Assembly: GCA_963801355.1 (NCBI GenBank)
Contig: CAWDEM010000008.1
Span: 1,632,001 to 1,696,000 of the forward strand
From: Ignavibacteriota bacterium
Lineage (GTDB): Bacteria; Bacteroidota; Ignavibacteria; UBA10030; UBA6906
Length of the DNA stretch: 64,000 nt
Reading direction: 5' to 3'
The notes beneath the pieces are model-generated. The model was not told where the DNA came from, ran no database searches, and saw nothing but the letters and a program-made list of their open reading frames with translations. Each line of letters starts with the position of its first letter. Positions within the stretch are counted from its first letter, which is position 1. The translations under genes were made by a program, and so were the position numbers. Of the stretch, positions 18,724-30,372 are shown one piece after another.

Positions 18724-18758
18724 TCACCGGGTCAACCCGGGCGGAATCGATACCGGTA

Positions 18759-20075
18759 TCACCGCGCGGTTCGTTCCTTCACCGCGTTCAGCGACTCCCG
18801 CACAGCTTCAATGGTCCTGTCGATATCCTCATCACTATGTGCCGCGGAGATGAACGCCGCTTCGAATTGTGAGGGTGCCAGGTAGACACCCCGGCTGAGC
18901 ATTTCGCGGAAAAACGCTCCGAACTGTTCACGGTCCGCCACCGCCGCCGATGTGTAGTCGCGCACCGGATGACGGGAGAAAAAGAGCGTGAACATGGAAC
19001 CCACACGGTTCTGACGGATCGGCAGCCAGAGATCGTCGATGACCCGCTGAATCCCCGCACTCAAACGGCCGGCTTTTTTATCGAGCGCGGTGTAGAAGTC
19101 CGCATCCTCACTAATGATGGAGAGCGTTTCCAGCCCTGCGGCCATTGCCAGGGGATTGCCCGATAACGTGCCCGCCTGGTACATTGGCCCCGAAGGCGCC
19201 ACCATCTCCATGATTCTTCGTTTCCCGCCGTAGGCCCCGACCGGGAGGCCCCCCCCGATAATCTTTCCGAGCGTGGTAAGATCCGGATCGATGCCGTACA
19301 GCTCCTGCGCGCCGCCCCGGGCCACCCGGAATCCCGTCATCACTTCGTCGAAAATCAGCACTGCACCGTTTTCCGTGCAGAGGTCCTTCACATCCTGCAG
19401 AAAACCCGGCTCCGGCGGCACGCATCCCATGTTTCCCGCCACCGGTTCGACGATCACTGCGGCAATCTCACCTTTGCAGGACGCGAAGTGGTGGCGAACC
19501 GACGCGGAGTCGTTGAAACCCGCAGTCAATGTCCCCGCCGCCGTTCCCGCCGGCACCCCCGGACTGTCGGGCACGCTCAGGGTCATTGCACCGGATCCGG
19601 CCTTGATCAAGAATGAGTCAGCATGCCCGTGGTAGCATCCTTCGAACTTGATGATTTTCTCCCTGCGGGTGTACGCGCGCGCAAGCCGGATGGCGCTCAT
19701 GGTTGCCTCGGTGCCCGAATTCACCATGCGCACCATTTCGATCGACGGCACGATCTTCGTGATCATTTCCGCCATGCGCACTTCGAGAGCGGTCGGTGCT
19801 CCAAAACTCGTGCCGTCCAGCGCGGTCCTCCTGATCGCCTCAACAACACGCGGATGAGCGTGGCCGAGGATCATCGGCCCCCACGATCCGACGTAGTCGA
19901 TGTAGGAATGTCCGTCAACGTCCAGGAGCCACGACCCTGAGGCCCGCGTGATAAACAACGGTGTGCGGCCCACGGATCTGAAGGCCCGCACCGGTGAGTT
20001 GACCCCGCCGGGGATGAGCTTTTGCGCTTCCCCGAACAGCGCGTCGGAATTCGGTGTCAGGAACATGCCGTGCAT
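18759..20075 (-). CDS. hemL: Glutamate-1-semialdehyde 2,1-aminomutase
   Basis: [48 protein letters not shown] Lys in [10 protein letters not shown]; start 20075 or 20066. Confidence 0.97.
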   Translation of the reverse strand: MHGMFLTPNSDALFGEAQKLIPGGVNSPVRAFRSVGRTPLFITRASGSWLLDVDGHSYIDYVGSWGPMILGHAHPRVVEAIRRTALDGTSFGAPTALEVRMAEMITKIVPSIEMVRMVNSGTEATMSAIRLARAYTRREKIIKFEGCYHGHADSFLIKAGSGAMTLSVPDSPGVPAGTAAGTLTAGFNDSASVRHHFASCKGEIAAVIVEPVAGNMGCVPPEPGFLQDVKDLCTENGAVLIFDEVMTGFRVARGGAQELYGIDPDLTTLGKIIGGGLPVGAYGGKRRIMEMVAPSGPMYQAGTLSGNPLAMAAGLETLSIISEDADFYTALDKKAGRLSAGIQRVIDDLWLPIRQNRVGSMFTLFFSRHPVRDYTSAAVADREQFGAFFREMLSRGVYLAPSQFEAAFISAAHSDEDIDRTIEAVRESLNAVKERTAR

Positions 20076-20082
20076 CGGTCCT

Positions 20083-21078
20083 TCAGTGTTGTGCATCGAG
20101 TATGCGGGCCGCTTCTTTCGCAAAGTACGTCAGGATGATATCCGCCCCGGCCCGTTTGATGCTGGTGAGCATCTCCATCATGACGCGATCCCCATCCACC
20201 CATCCCATTGTTGCCGCCGCCTTGAGCAGGGAATATTCGCCGCTGACGTTGTAGGCCGCGGTGGGCATGCCGAAACGCTCCTTCACTCTATAAATGACAT
20301 CCAGATACGACAGGGCGGGTTTGACCATGACGATGTCCGCGCCTTCTTCGATATCCTGCGCGACTTCACGCAGGGCTTCGTCGCTGTTCGCGGGATCCAT
20401 TTGATGGGAACGCCTGTCCCCGAATTTCGGCGTGCTCTCGGCTGCCTCCCTGAACGGACCATAGAACCCCGACGCGTACTTGGCCGCATACGACATGATG
20501 GGGAGCAGTGAGAACCCGTTGGCATCCAGTACTCTTCGAATGGCCCCCACACGTCCGTCGAACATATCCGACGGCGCCACCATGTCAGCACCCGCCCGCG
20601 CGTGGCTCAAGGCCTCTCTGGTCAACAACTCCACCGATTCGTCGTTGACGATTTCCACTCCCCGCACGATGCCGCAGTGGCCGTGCGATGTGTATTCGCA
20701 GAGGCAGACATCGGTGATCAGATAGAGACCGGGGACCTGGTGTTTCACCGCACGCAACGCCTGTTGGACGATCCCATTGTCGTCATACGCACCCGAGCCG
20801 ACTTCATCCTTATGCTCCGGGATGCCGAAAAAAATCACGGCGGGGATGCCCATCTCATGCACATCCCGGCATTCCCGGACAATCTGGTCAACGGACATCT
20901 GGAAGACACCCGGCATCGCGCCGATTTCCTTCTTGACATTCGTCCCCGGCACAACGAAAAGCGGATAGATGAAATCCTTTTTCGAAAGCTCCGTTTCACG
21001 CACCATGGAGCGAAGGGTTTCCTGCATGCGCGTGCGCCGCAAGCGGCTGACCGGATACTGACCACCGTGTGAAGTCAT
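20083..21078 (-). CDS. hemB: Porphobilinogen synthase (Zn-dependent)
   Basis: [51 protein letters not shown]. Confidence 0.97.
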   Translation of the reverse strand: MTSHGGQYPVSRLRRTRMQETLRSMVRETELSKKDFIYPLFVVPGTNVKKEIGAMPGVFQMSVDQIVRECRDVHEMGIPAVIFFGIPEHKDEVGSGAYDDNGIVQQALRAVKHQVPGLYLITDVCLCEYTSHGHCGIVRGVEIVNDESVELLTREALSHARAGADMVAPSDMFDGRVGAIRRVLDANGFSLLPIMSYAAKYASGFYGPFREAAESTPKFGDRRSHQMDPANSDEALREVAQDIEEGADIVMVKPALSYLDVIYRVKERFGMPTAAYNVSGEYSLLKAAATMGWVDGDRVMMEMLTSIKRAGADIILTYFAKEAARILDAQH

Positions 21079-22472
21079 GACTTCCTCGTGAATGTACTGC
21101 GCTCTGTGAGTGCGGAAATACGCTCGGCGGTCTTCTTGCCGTTCATGACGCAATCGCCGACCGCGATCCCGCCCCGATAGTTGCTGCAGATGAAGAGACC
21201 CCGTCTGTCCCGCTCGAGCTGCTCGATGGCATCGATCACCCGCTGGTATCCGACGTTGTACTGCGGGATCGCCCTGTCCCAGCGGTAGATCCGCGAGAAG
21301 ACCGGCTCACCGGAGACGTTCATGATCGCACCAAGCTCTTTAAGTACGATGTTCTGCAGTTCCGTATCGTCCGCTTCCAGGACTTCCGGCTGACGGGAGC
21401 CGCCGACGAATGTCGTGAGGGCGATATGTCCCGCAGGCGCACGCCCGGGGAAGATGACCGATGACCATATCGTGCCGAGGATCTTCCGTTTCTCCCTGGC
21501 CGGAATGAGGTAACCGAACCCATCAAGAGAACACCCGCATTGGTCACGCCGGAACCCGAGATGAACCTCTGCAACGGGAGGATAGTACACGTTGCCCAGC
21601 ATCGTCGAGAGTTCAGGAGCCAGAGGCCGGAGAAGATCAGCAGCGGCGTACGCCGGCACTCCCACAACGACTGCATCACCTTCCAGGATTTCTCCACCGG
21701 TCGTGCGTACCAGGAAGCGGCTCCCCGCCGAATCGGCGGATGCGTGGTGTTCAATGCTCTTCACCTCCATCCTGTAGCGGACCCGTTCGCCAAGGCCCCT
21801 GGCGATTGCTTCCGGAAAGGTCTGCATCCCCATAGCAAACGAAAACATGCGTGCCCGGTCTTTCGCCACCTCGGCCCTCTGTTTCCGCTCGCGTGCACCC
21901 TTCATCATCCCTTTGATCAGCCCCCCGTATTTCTCTTCCAGCGCGTACAGTTTAGGGAATGCCGCCCGGACACTCAGCTCCTCCGGATTTCCGGCGAACA
22001 CACCGGCAACAAAGGGATTGATGCCATAGTCAAGAATTTCCCTCCCCAGGCGCCGCTCGACGAACTCCGCAATGGTCTCTTCCTTCGTTCCCCTCCCGAT
22101 CAGCGGTTCCTTCAGGAGCCGCAATTTGCCGGATGTAGACCAGAGGCGTGTCGAGAGGAACGCACCCGGACTCATAGGAATCGGGTGCAACGCCCCGTCG
22201 CGGAGAACATAGCGCTTGTTCGATTCGTCATTGGCGTACCGCCTCTCCGCTTCGATCCCCAGCTCACTGAACATCTCCTTGAAAATCGGGGTTGTCTCCA
22301 GTGCGCTGTTCGGTCCGGTCTCAACAAGCCAGCCGCCCTCCAGTACCGTCCGCATTGTGCCGCCGGGCACCGGTGCCGCTTCCAGCACGGTGACATCCCA
22401 TCCCGCGCGCTGCGCCCAGAAGGCTGCTGTGAGGCCCGAAATCCCCGCCCCGATGATGATGACATGGCTCAT
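21075..22472 (-). CDS. hemY: HemY-type FAD-dependent proto/coproporphyrinogen oxidase
   Basis: IIGAGISGL, ETGPNS, GFGYL, LGTIWSS..FP.RAP, AIPQY, GIAVGDC; position in the heme operon. Confidence 0.92.
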   Translation of the reverse strand: MSHVIIIGAGISGLTAAFWAQRAGWDVTVLEAAPVPGGTMRTVLEGGWLVETGPNSALETTPIFKEMFSELGIEAERRYANDESNKRYVLRDGALHPIPMSPGAFLSTRLWSTSGKLRLLKEPLIGRGTKEETIAEFVERRLGREILDYGINPFVAGVFAGNPEELSVRAAFPKLYALEEKYGGLIKGMMKGARERKQRAEVAKDRARMFSFAMGMQTFPEAIARGLGERVRYRMEVKSIEHHASADSAGSRFLVRTTGGEILEGDAVVVGVPAYAAADLLRPLAPELSTMLGNVYYPPVAEVHLGFRRDQCGCSLDGFGYLIPAREKRKILGTIWSSVIFPGRAPAGHIALTTFVGGSRQPEVLEADDTELQNIVLKELGAIMNVSGEPVFSRIYRWDRAIPQYNVGYQRVIDAIEQLERDRRGLFICSNYRGGIAVGDCVMNGKKTAERISALTERSTFTRKS

Positions 22473-23476
22473 GATGCGTTCCTGAGTGTCCGCATGACAA
22501 GATCGGCCAGTGCTTCGATGAAGAGCGGGCTGGCGTTGATTGCAGGACTCATATCGTAGTGCATGATGCCCTGCTGCCTGGCATGCAGGCGCACTTCATG
22601 GTTGATTTCCCAGAGCGTCTCGCTATGATCGGACACAAACGCGACCGGGATGACCAGTACATGAGAGACGCGCTCCGCGGCAAGACGATCGATCGTCTGC
22701 ACCAGCGAAGGTTCAAGCCACTTCTGCGGGCCCACCTTGCTCTGGTAGCAGAGGTGGGCCGGAAGATCGAAAGCTCCTGCATGCAGCACCGCGTTGTATG
22801 TGCGGATGATCTGGGCCTGATAGGGATCCCCTGCCCGGACCAGTTTTATCGGCGTCCCGTGGGCGCTGAACACCAGATGGACTTTCCCCCTGTCAGCAGC
22901 GCTGACCCGACGCAGGGCGATCTGGATATTCCGAACAACGGCGGCGACGTACGATGGATGATCGCAATACTCTTCAACCAGGTGAATCCGCGGCGCGTAG
23001 CCAAGTCGTGCGCATACACGCCGCCACTCATTGACGCTCGAACCGGTGGTGCTGCGGGAGAACTGGGGGAAGAGAGGGAGGAGCACGACCTGTTCGATCT
23101 TCTCCTCCTGAAGCCTTCGCACAGCTTCTTCAGTCAGAGGATGCCAGTAGCGCATGGCAATGACAACCCGGGCATCACCATGGCCGTGCAGCGCCTTTTC
23201 AAGCGCCTGCGCCTGCCTGCGTGTAAGCCGGAGGATGGGCGACCTTCCACCCATGTATCTGTAGTACTTCTGCACCTTCGGTGCGCGCGAACGCGAGATC
23301 TTGCGGGCAAGTGCCTTGCGGAACAGGAACGCAAGCGGGAGATCGATTATGTCGGGATCGCAAAACAGATTGTAGATGAACGGCTCCACCGAACCGAGAG
23401 AATCCGGCCCACCAAGCTGCAGGAGCACGATCGCAGTGCGCAGGTCTCCCTGCCGTGTGCTGCCCTGCTCAGACAT
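22469..23476 (-). CDS. hemH: Ferrochelatase
   Basis: LLQLGGP, NLF.D.DII.LP, GG.SP, AMRYWHP, LFPQFS, FSAHG.P, YQSKVGP..WL.P, FVSDHSETL.EI. Confidence 0.96.
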   Translation of the reverse strand: MSEQGSTRQGDLRTAIVLLQLGGPDSLGSVEPFIYNLFCDPDIIDLPLAFLFRKALARKISRSRAPKVQKYYRYMGGRSPILRLTRRQAQALEKALHGHGDARVVIAMRYWHPLTEEAVRRLQEEKIEQVVLLPLFPQFSRSTTGSSVNEWRRVCARLGYAPRIHLVEEYCDHPSYVAAVVRNIQIALRRVSAADRGKVHLVFSAHGTPIKLVRAGDPYQAQIIRTYNAVLHAGAFDLPAHLCYQSKVGPQKWLEPSLVQTIDRLAAERVSHVLVIPVAFVSDHSETLWEINHEVRLHARQQGIMHYDMSPAINASPLFIEALADLVMRTLRNAS

Positions 23477-24509
23477 GGTACACCCCGCTTTCCTCCTTCA
23501 CCGCACGGACCAGGGCGCGGGCATTCTCTACGGGGACATCGGGGAGAATCCCGTGACCCAGATTGAACACGTGCCCGCTTCCGCGTCCGAACTTCCGGAG
23601 GATGGATGCCACCTCCCTGCGGATGCAGTCGGGTGATGCGTACAAAAACGACGGGTCAAAGTTGCCCTGGAGGGCAACCTGTTCGCCGATCAACTCCCGT
23701 ACGTCGTGGATGTCAACCGTCCAGTCGAGCCCCACAACATCGGCCCCGATCCCGGCCAATTCTTTCAAGGCGTAGTGCGCGCCTTTGGAGAAGACAATCA
23801 CGGGAACACCGTCGTGCCGCATCGTCGCGACAATATCCGCAAGGTAGTCAAGGGAGAATTTCCGGTAGTACTCCGGCGCGAGGATGCCTCCCCAGGTGTC
23901 GAATATCTGCACCGCTTCTGCCCCGGCGGCAATCTGCGCTTCGAGGTATTCCCGCACAGCAAGTGCCAGCTTCTTGAGCAGTGCCTTGAGCGTGTCCGGT
24001 TCGTCCAGCATCATCCGCTTGATGAAGCGAAAATCCTTTGTGCCGCCGCCTTCCACCATGTACGCGGCGAGCGTCCACGGCGCTCCCGAGAACCCGATGA
24101 GCGGCACACGGCCGCCGAGGCGGCGCTTGCTCACCTCGATTGCTTCCATGACATATTTCAGATGCTGTTGAGGATCCGGAATGCGAAGGGCATCGATCTG
24201 CCCGCGCGAGCGAAGAGGCTCGGGAAACCGTGGCCCTTGTGATTCTTCCATGACCAGCTTCATCCCCATGGCATCCGGGACGACAAGGATGTCGGAAAAT
24301 ATGATCGCGGCATCCACACCGACAATATCCACGGGCTGGAGAGTCACCTCCGCGGCAAGTTCAGGAGTCCGGACCATGGTCAGAAAATCCGTCTTTGACC
24401 GGACGGCGCGATACTCGGGAAGATAGCGGCCCGCCTGCCGCATCATCCAGACCGGCGTGCGTTCACACCGCTGGCGCTTGCATGCACGGAGGAAGAGATC
24501 ATTCATCAT
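23469..24509 (-). CDS. hemE: Uroporphyrinogen decarboxylase
   Basis: PVWMMRQAGRYLPEY, AAIIFSDIL, LIGFSGAPWTLAAY, QGNFDP, NLGHGI. Confidence 0.97.
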   Translation of the reverse strand: MMNDLFLRACKRQRCERTPVWMMRQAGRYLPEYRAVRSKTDFLTMVRTPELAAEVTLQPVDIVGVDAAIIFSDILVVPDAMGMKLVMEESQGPRFPEPLRSRGQIDALRIPDPQQHLKYVMEAIEVSKRRLGGRVPLIGFSGAPWTLAAYMVEGGGTKDFRFIKRMMLDEPDTLKALLKKLALAVREYLEAQIAAGAEAVQIFDTWGGILAPEYYRKFSLDYLADIVATMRHDGVPVIVFSKGAHYALKELAGIGADVVGLDWTVDIHDVRELIGEQVALQGNFDPSFLYASPDCIRREVASILRKFGRGSGHVFNLGHGILPDVPVENARALVRAVKEESGVYHV

Positions 24510-24531
24510 AGACAGATTCGTATGTGTATAC

Positions 24532-25308
24532 TCATGCCGGATTCCACAATGCCAGAGCTTCGATCAATCCCTCCCCTGTTGCAGTCCCGGCAATGACATG
24601 CACCGGAAATCCGCTCCGCCGTGCTGCATCAGCCGTCGTCCCCCCGATCACAGCGATCACCACGCCTGATTTCACCAGTGAGGTGAGTTCCGGATCAAGG
24701 ATCCCCGCAAAATGTCCGACTGCGGATGGGCTTGCGAATGTGACGATGTCAACGGCGCGTTCGGCCAGAATCGAACGGACGCGCGCTGCAGAGACCTCAT
24801 CCGGACCAACCGTCCGGTACACGGTCACCGGCGTCACCACAGCTCCCGCCAGGCGCAGTGCTTCCATAACCTCGTCGCGTCCGATATCCCCGCGGGGAAG
24901 CAGATACCGCCGTCCCCTCAAGTCCTGTGCGCGGAAATGCGCGGCAAGCCTGGCGCCGCTGTATGTCGAGGGGACGTGGGCCGGCGTCATACCCGCATGC
25001 TCGACATATCGGGCTGTCTTGGGACCGACGGCAAATACCTGCATCCGCCCGGGAAGCGTTCCCCCGGCACCACGCTCAGCGCAACGATTGAGGAAGTACT
25101 TTGCCGCGTTGGAACTCGTGAACACTACTCCCGCAAAGTCGGCCAGCCGGTCGATCTGTGCGTCACACGCATCCCACCCCACCGGCGGCAGTATGCGGAT
25201 CATCGGCACGGTGATCGCAATGCCGCCCCGGGCTTCAATCTGTTCTGCCATTGGACGCGCCTGCGCAGATGGTCGCGTCACGAGGATGCGCACACCACGG
25301 AGGTTCAT
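24532..25308 (-). CDS. hemD: Uroporphyrinogen-III synthase
   Basis: ILVTRP, FTSSNA, AVGPKT, VYRT, TFASPSAV, IG.TTA. Confidence 0.92.
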   Translation of the reverse strand: MNLRGVRILVTRPSAQARPMAEQIEARGGIAITVPMIRILPPVGWDACDAQIDRLADFAGVVFTSSNAAKYFLNRCAERGAGGTLPGRMQVFAVGPKTARYVEHAGMTPAHVPSTYSGARLAAHFRAQDLRGRRYLLPRGDIGRDEVMEALRLAGAVVTPVTVYRTVGPDEVSAARVRSILAERAVDIVTFASPSAVGHFAGILDPELTSLVKSGVVIAVIGGTTADAARRSGFPVHVIAGTATGEGLIEALALWNPA

Positions 25309-25309
25309 A

Positions 25310-26269
25310 TCAGGTAGGGGCCGGGCCTCTGATCTCGTCCAGAATACTCTCTGCTCCCTGCGCAAGCAGGCGGCGTGCCATGGTGGCGCCGAGTCCTTCT
25401 GCTTGTTCCGGTGAACCACTGAGGGAGTCACGAACAACCCGGGTGCCATCGAGCGAGCCAACCAGCGCATCCAGCACCAGCACAGGTTTTCCCTCTGCGT
25501 CAACGCCGATACGGCCGTACGTGCCAATCGGTACCTGACATCCCCCCTCAAGCGCGTGAAGCAGGGCCCGCTCCGCGGTCGTCGCCGCGGCGGTCGGGGC
25601 GTGATGGAGACCTTCTATGTAGCCGAGCACACGCGTGGCATCCGCACGCACTTCAATTCCCAACGCCCCCTGTCCGACGGCAGGAAGGAGCACCAACGGA
25701 TCAATCGTTTCGCCGATCCGGTCGGTCCATCCAAGACGCACCACGCCCGCCCGTGCCAGCACCATCCCCTCCCACTCCGAAGCGGCGAGCTTGGCATACC
25801 GGGTATGAAGATTGCCACGGATCTCCACAATGCGCAGGTCAGGACGTATGTGCAGCAGCTGGCACCTGCGGCGCAGACTTCCCGTGGCTACCGCTCCCCC
25901 GTGAGGGAGATCGGAGAGGGTACGCACTGTGTTCCCCGGCCGCGGGATGAACACATCATGCACATCCTCCCGTTCCGTCACAGCGCCCAGGATCAACCCG
26001 TCCGGCAGCCCGGTGGGCAGGTCCTTCAGACTATGCACGGCAAGATCGATGGCCCCTTCGAGCAATGCATGCTCGATTTCCCTCGTAAACAATCCCTTGT
26101 CGCCTAAGCTCGACAGTGGTGCATCCATCACCCTGTCGCCCTTCGTCTTGATGACCTTGACCTCAATTCTGAGATCCCCGTGCAGCGCGTGCAGGCGGTC
26201 GCGCACCCAATGGGCCTGCCAGAGGGCGAGTTCGCTTCCCCGGCTGCCGATGCGCACCAGATCACTCAT
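25310..26269 (-). CDS. hemC: Hydroxymethylbilane synthase
   Basis: IGSRGSELALWQ, KGLFTREIE, DLAVHSLKD, TGSLRR, IRGN, PAVGQGALG, LEGGCQVPIG. Confidence 0.97.
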   Translation of the reverse strand: MSDLVRIGSRGSELALWQAHWVRDRLHALHGDLRIEVKVIKTKGDRVMDAPLSSLGDKGLFTREIEHALLEGAIDLAVHSLKDLPTGLPDGLILGAVTEREDVHDVFIPRPGNTVRTLSDLPHGGAVATGSLRRRCQLLHIRPDLRIVEIRGNLHTRYAKLAASEWEGMVLARAGVVRLGWTDRIGETIDPLVLLPAVGQGALGIEVRADATRVLGYIEGLHHAPTAAATTAERALLHALEGGCQVPIGTYGRIGVDAEGKPVLVLDALVGSLDGTRVVRDSLSGSPEQAEGLGATMARRLLAQGAESILDEIRGPAPT

Positions 26270-27545
26270 CGTGACTGCCCTTTACGCTGATACCGAACAG
26301 TTCCCGCAGCACCTTGATGCGTGCCATCGTCTCCGGCCCCCCGCTCCCGTTTTCCGAACCTTCTTTCAGGACACGGAGCGGCTGATGCAGCAGCTTGTTG
26401 ACGATGCGCCGGGTCACGAGGTCAACCAGCTCGCGATCCTCAGGGTGGAATCGATTGATATTCTTTTCGACTTCCTGCTGACGGACCTGCTCGAAGGCGC
26501 TGTTCAGATCCTGAATTGTCGGGGCAACCTCCAGTGACCTGTGCCAGCGAAAGAAGTCCACCAGTTCCTGACGGATGATTGTCGTGACCCGCGGTATCTC
26601 CGCGGTGCGCTTGTCCAGGTTCCGGTCGACGATCGTCGTGAGCGCATCAATATCGTACAGGAAGACATTTTCGATTTTGCGTGTGGCGGGGTTGACGTTA
26701 CGCGGCACTCCGATATCAATGATAAACAGAGGTGTGTTCCCCCGGCGGCGCATCACCGTGTGGATCTCCTCGGGTCCCAGGATGTAGGCCTCACTGTTGA
26801 CCGACGTGACGACAATATCGACGGTGTGCAACGCGTCGTTGATTTGTTCGTAGTCGATCACGGTTCCGCCCAGTTCCGCGACGAGCGCCTCCGCTTTCGC
26901 CCGTGTGCGGTTCGCGACCTTGATGTGATTGACCCCTTTGCCCACGAGGTGTTTGAGCGTCAGTTCACCTGTCTCCCCCGCGCCGATCAGCAGAGCGGAT
27001 TTTCGCGAGACGTCGGCGAAAATCTTGCTCGCCAGTTCCACCGCGGCGTAACTCACCGATACCGCCCCTTCACAGAGCGACGTTTCGGTGCGGACGCGTT
27101 TTCCGACGTGCAGTGTGGCCTGCATGAGCCGATTGAGGATCGGTCCGAGGGTGTGCTGCTCGCCGGCCGACTGGAACGCTTCCTTCACCTGATTGAGGAT
27201 CTGAATGTCACCGATCACCATCGAATCGATACCAGCGGCGACCTTGAACAGATGGTGGACAGCCGCGCCGGCACGCTTGGTGAAGAAATGCTCCGGCCGG
27301 ACCTCGCCGGCGGCATTCTTGGTGTCGAGCAGGATGCGCAGAACGCCGTCTTCATCGTCAGCCGGATCACGCAACACACCGTACACCTCCGTGCGGTTGC
27401 ACGTCGACACAAGCAGGCACTCGCTGAAGCAACGTTCCTTCAACGCCGAGAGCACGTCGTGCGTTTCGTCAACGGACAGACACATCCGTTCGCGCACGTC
27501 CACCGATGCAGTGTGATGACTGATGCCGACAGAAAGGAGATTCAT
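26262..27545 (-). CDS. hemA: Glutamyl-tRNA reductase
   Basis: GISHHTA, STCNRTE, HLF.VAAGIDSMVIG..QIL.QVK, GKRVRTET, IGAGETG, DIGVPRN. Confidence 0.97.
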   Translation of the reverse strand: MNLLSVGISHHTASVDVRERMCLSVDETHDVLSALKERCFSECLLVSTCNRTEVYGVLRDPADDEDGVLRILLDTKNAAGEVRPEHFFTKRAGAAVHHLFKVAAGIDSMVIGDIQILNQVKEAFQSAGEQHTLGPILNRLMQATLHVGKRVRTETSLCEGAVSVSYAAVELASKIFADVSRKSALLIGAGETGELTLKHLVGKGVNHIKVANRTRAKAEALVAELGGTVIDYEQINDALHTVDIVVTSVNSEAYILGPEEIHTVMRRRGNTPLFIIDIGVPRNVNPATRKIENVFLYDIDALTTIVDRNLDKRTAEIPRVTTIIRQELVDFFRWHRSLEVAPTIQDLNSAFEQVRQQEVEKNINRFHPEDRELVDLVTRRIVNKLLHQPLRVLKEGSENGSGGPETMARIKVLRELFGISVKGSHDE

Positions 27546-27563
27546 CCTGGCCGCACGACCATT

Positions 27564-28394
27564 CTAATGAAACGTGTGAAAAGTAGTGAGGTACATATTC
27601 ACCACCATCATGGAAAAGAACACAAAGACGAAACCGACAAGAGATATGATCATGGTTTTCCGCCCCTGCCATCCAAACCTGCGCTTTGCCGTCAGTCCGA
27701 TCGCATACAGCACCCAGATGGCCATTGTCGCTACGAGCTTTGGATCAAGGTATGAAAACTCCCGGAACACACGCGGCAACCAGAACAGCCCGACCATGAT
27801 GGCGACCGTAAGGGTTGCGAACCCGAAGATTTCCGCCTTGTGGCTCATCGTTTCAAGCGTCTCCAGATTCGGCAGACGGCTGTACACGACGCCGAATTTG
27901 CTCGAACGGATCTCATGATAGAGCATCAGGTACAGCAATCCGTACACCGCCGCCAGCGAAATGCCGGTATACCCCAGCAGGGCGGCGGAGACGTGGAATC
28001 CAAGGAGAAGACTGTGCAGGTACTCCGGAATGACCGTGAGGTCCTTGATAAAAAGCGACGACAGCGTCTGGAACAGGAATGCAAGTGTGAGTATGAAAAA
28101 CCCCGTATTGCGGATATTTGTCCGGAACTCCAGATACAGATAGGCGGTTGTCATCGCCGCCGAAAGCAGCGTCATGATCTCGAAGACGCTCGTGATCGGG
28201 GGGTGATCGAATGCCGCCGTGCGCAGGCCGAGGTAAGCCAGATGCAACAGGAGCACGCCGATGATGTACGGCCGCTTGAGCCGCTCAAGACCGGGGGCAT
28301 TCCGGAAAAAGGTGATCCCGTAAACCGCGACAAGGCCTGCATAGAGGAGCGGAAGCGCGAGAACGAGGCTATCAACGAGGATTTTCGTCGCCAT
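27564..28394 (-). CDS. HemX/CcsA-like (cytochrome c assembly family) membrane protein
   Basis: About 8 TM helices; HV.AALLGY, RLP.LETLE, DPK...W..Y, GW.GRK; directly upstream of hemA; lacks the Trp-rich WWD motif. Start 28394 or GTG 28400. Confidence 0.8.
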   Translation of the reverse strand: MATKILVDSLVLALPLLYAGLVAVYGITFFRNAPGLERLKRPYIIGVLLLHLAYLGLRTAAFDHPPITSVFEIMTLLSAAMTTAYLYLEFRTNIRNTGFFILTLAFLFQTLSSLFIKDLTVIPEYLHSLLLGFHVSAALLGYTGISLAAVYGLLYLMLYHEIRSSKFGVVYSRLPNLETLETMSHKAEIFGFATLTVAIMVGLFWLPRVFREFSYLDPKLVATMAIWVLYAIGLTAKRRFGWQGRKTMIISLVGFVFVFFSMMVVNMYLTTFHTFH

Positions 28395-28438
28395 AGACAC
28401 TTAATATACATATCTTCGATATGAAATGGAACCGCCGC

Positions 28439-30331
28439 TTATTCCTCGAGCGTACCAAGATCTTTGGGTTCCTGGCCCAACGCCCGGGCGCGCAGCACAC
28501 GGCGCATAATCTTCCCGCTTCGTGTCTTGGGAAGACTGTCGACGAACGTGATGCTGTCGGGTTTCGCGATGGGACCCATTTCATGGGCGACGTGGGCCCG
28601 CAGTTCCTCGACAAGCTTCTCGCTACCCTGAAAGCCTGCCCTGAGTATGACGTAGGTGTGGATGGCATTTCCCTTCACATCGTGCGGCAATCCGATCGCC
28701 GCAGCCTCGGCAACGGCCGGATGGCTGACGAGGGCGCTCTCAATCTCCGCCGTCCCCAGACGGTATCCCGATACCTTGAGCACATCATCCACCCGACCGA
28801 TGACCCAGTAGTATCCGTCCTCGTCCTTCCGCGCGGAATCGCCGGTCATGTACAGCCCCGGGTACTTACTCCAGTACTGCTTCACATAACGATCCGGGTC
28901 GTTGTAGATCGTCCGCATCATCGCCGGCCAGGGTTTCTTGATCACCAAGTACCCCTCTTCGTTGACCCCCACCGGTTTCCCGTTTTCGTCGACAATGTCC
29001 ATTTCCACGCCGGGGAAGGGTTTTCCCCCCGATCCGGGCTTGAGTGGAACAGAAGGCATGGGTGTGATCATGAACATACCCGTCTCGGTCTGCCACCAGG
29101 TATCCATGATCGGACACCGGCCTTTGCCGATCACCCTGTGGTACCATCTCCATGCCTCGGGGTTGATCGGCTCGCCGACGGATCCCAGCAAGCGAAGAGA
29201 CGACAGGTCATGCCTGGCGGGCCATGCCTCGCCGAAACGCATTAACCCCCGGATGGCCGTCGGAGCAGTGTAAAGTATATTGATGCCGTACTTTTCAACC
29301 ATCTGCCACCAGCGGTTGGGATACGGATAGGTCGGCGGACCCTCGTACATGAATGATGTGGCCCCGTTGAGAAGCGGCCCGTAGACGATATAGCTGTGAC
29401 CGGTGATCCACCCGGGATCCGCGGCGCACCAGTACCGGTCCTCTTCATGGATGTCGAAAACGTACTTCAACGTGGTGTACGTACCCACCATGTAGCCGCC
29501 ATGAGTGTGCACGATGGCTTTGGGTTTTCCAGTGGTACCCGATGTGTAGAGGATGAACAGCGGATCTTCCGCATCCATTTCTTCGATCTGGCACGCGCTG
29601 CCGGCGATCGGCAAGACCATCAGCTCGTGGTACCACATGTCACGGCCCGATTCCATGTTCACCGGTTCGCCGGTGTGTTTCACGACCAGCACGCTCTGCA
29701 CGGTCGCCGCCCGCTGCAGAGCCTCGTCGGCAATGGCTTTGAGCGGAACGATCTTCCCGCGCTGGTATCCGCCGTCGGCGACAATGAGTACCTTTGACTG
29801 ACTGTCCTCCAGACGTTCATGCAGCGCCTCCACAGTGAATCCGCCGTACACAACGGAATGGATTGCCCCAAGACGCGCGCACGCAAGCATGCCGATGACC
29901 AGCTCCGGGATCCGTCCCATGTACAGCGTGACCCGGTCCCCCTTCTGGACGCCAAGACTGCGGAGGACGTTTGCAAACCGGCACGTCTCGCGACGCAGCG
30001 CGAAATACGAAAACGATCGGAACTCCCCCTTCTCACCTTCCCACATGAGCGCCAGCTTGTTGCGCCGCGAAGTCTCTGCGTGCCGGTCCAGACAATTGTA
30101 CACGATGTTGGTTTTCCCCCCGACAAACCATTTGTAGAACGGTTTGTCCCGCTCGTCCAGCACACGATCCCAGTGGGAGAACCAGTGCAGTTCATTGGCC
30201 TCCGCGGCCCAGAACCCCTCGAGATCACGTTGCGCCCTCCCGGCAAGCTCGTCCCAATCGCGCACCGTCGCCCGGCGGAGTGTCTCGTCGGACGGTGGAT
30301 AGAGTTCAGCGGACAGCGGTTTGTCTGGCAT
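28439..30331 (-). CDS. acs: Acetyl-CoA synthetase (AMP-forming)
   Basis: [62 protein letters not shown]. Confidence 0.96.
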   Translation of the reverse strand: MPDKPLSAELYPPSDETLRRATVRDWDELAGRAQRDLEGFWAAEANELHWFSHWDRVLDERDKPFYKWFVGGKTNIVYNCLDRHAETSRRNKLALMWEGEKGEFRSFSYFALRRETCRFANVLRSLGVQKGDRVTLYMGRIPELVIGMLACARLGAIHSVVYGGFTVEALHERLEDSQSKVLIVADGGYQRGKIVPLKAIADEALQRAATVQSVLVVKHTGEPVNMESGRDMWYHELMVLPIAGSACQIEEMDAEDPLFILYTSGTTGKPKAIVHTHGGYMVGTYTTLKYVFDIHEEDRYWCAADPGWITGHSYIVYGPLLNGATSFMYEGPPTYPYPNRWWQMVEKYGINILYTAPTAIRGLMRFGEAWPARHDLSSLRLLGSVGEPINPEAWRWYHRVIGKGRCPIMDTWWQTETGMFMITPMPSVPLKPGSGGKPFPGVEMDIVDENGKPVGVNEEGYLVIKKPWPAMMRTIYNDPDRYVKQYWSKYPGLYMTGDSARKDEDGYYWVIGRVDDVLKVSGYRLGTAEIESALVSHPAVAEAAAIGLPHDVKGNAIHTYVILRAGFQGSEKLVEELRAHVAHEMGPIAKPDSITFVDSLPKTRSGKIMRRVLRARALGQEPKDLGTLEE

Positions 30332-30372
30332 GTGTGGCTCCGCAATGATGAGATGGGGTCTGGAAACCTACG

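Noticed and set aside
27564-28394. System II cytochrome c synthase ccsA
   Set aside because: No Trp-rich WWD motif and no ccsB/resB neighbour; context favours a HemX-like role.
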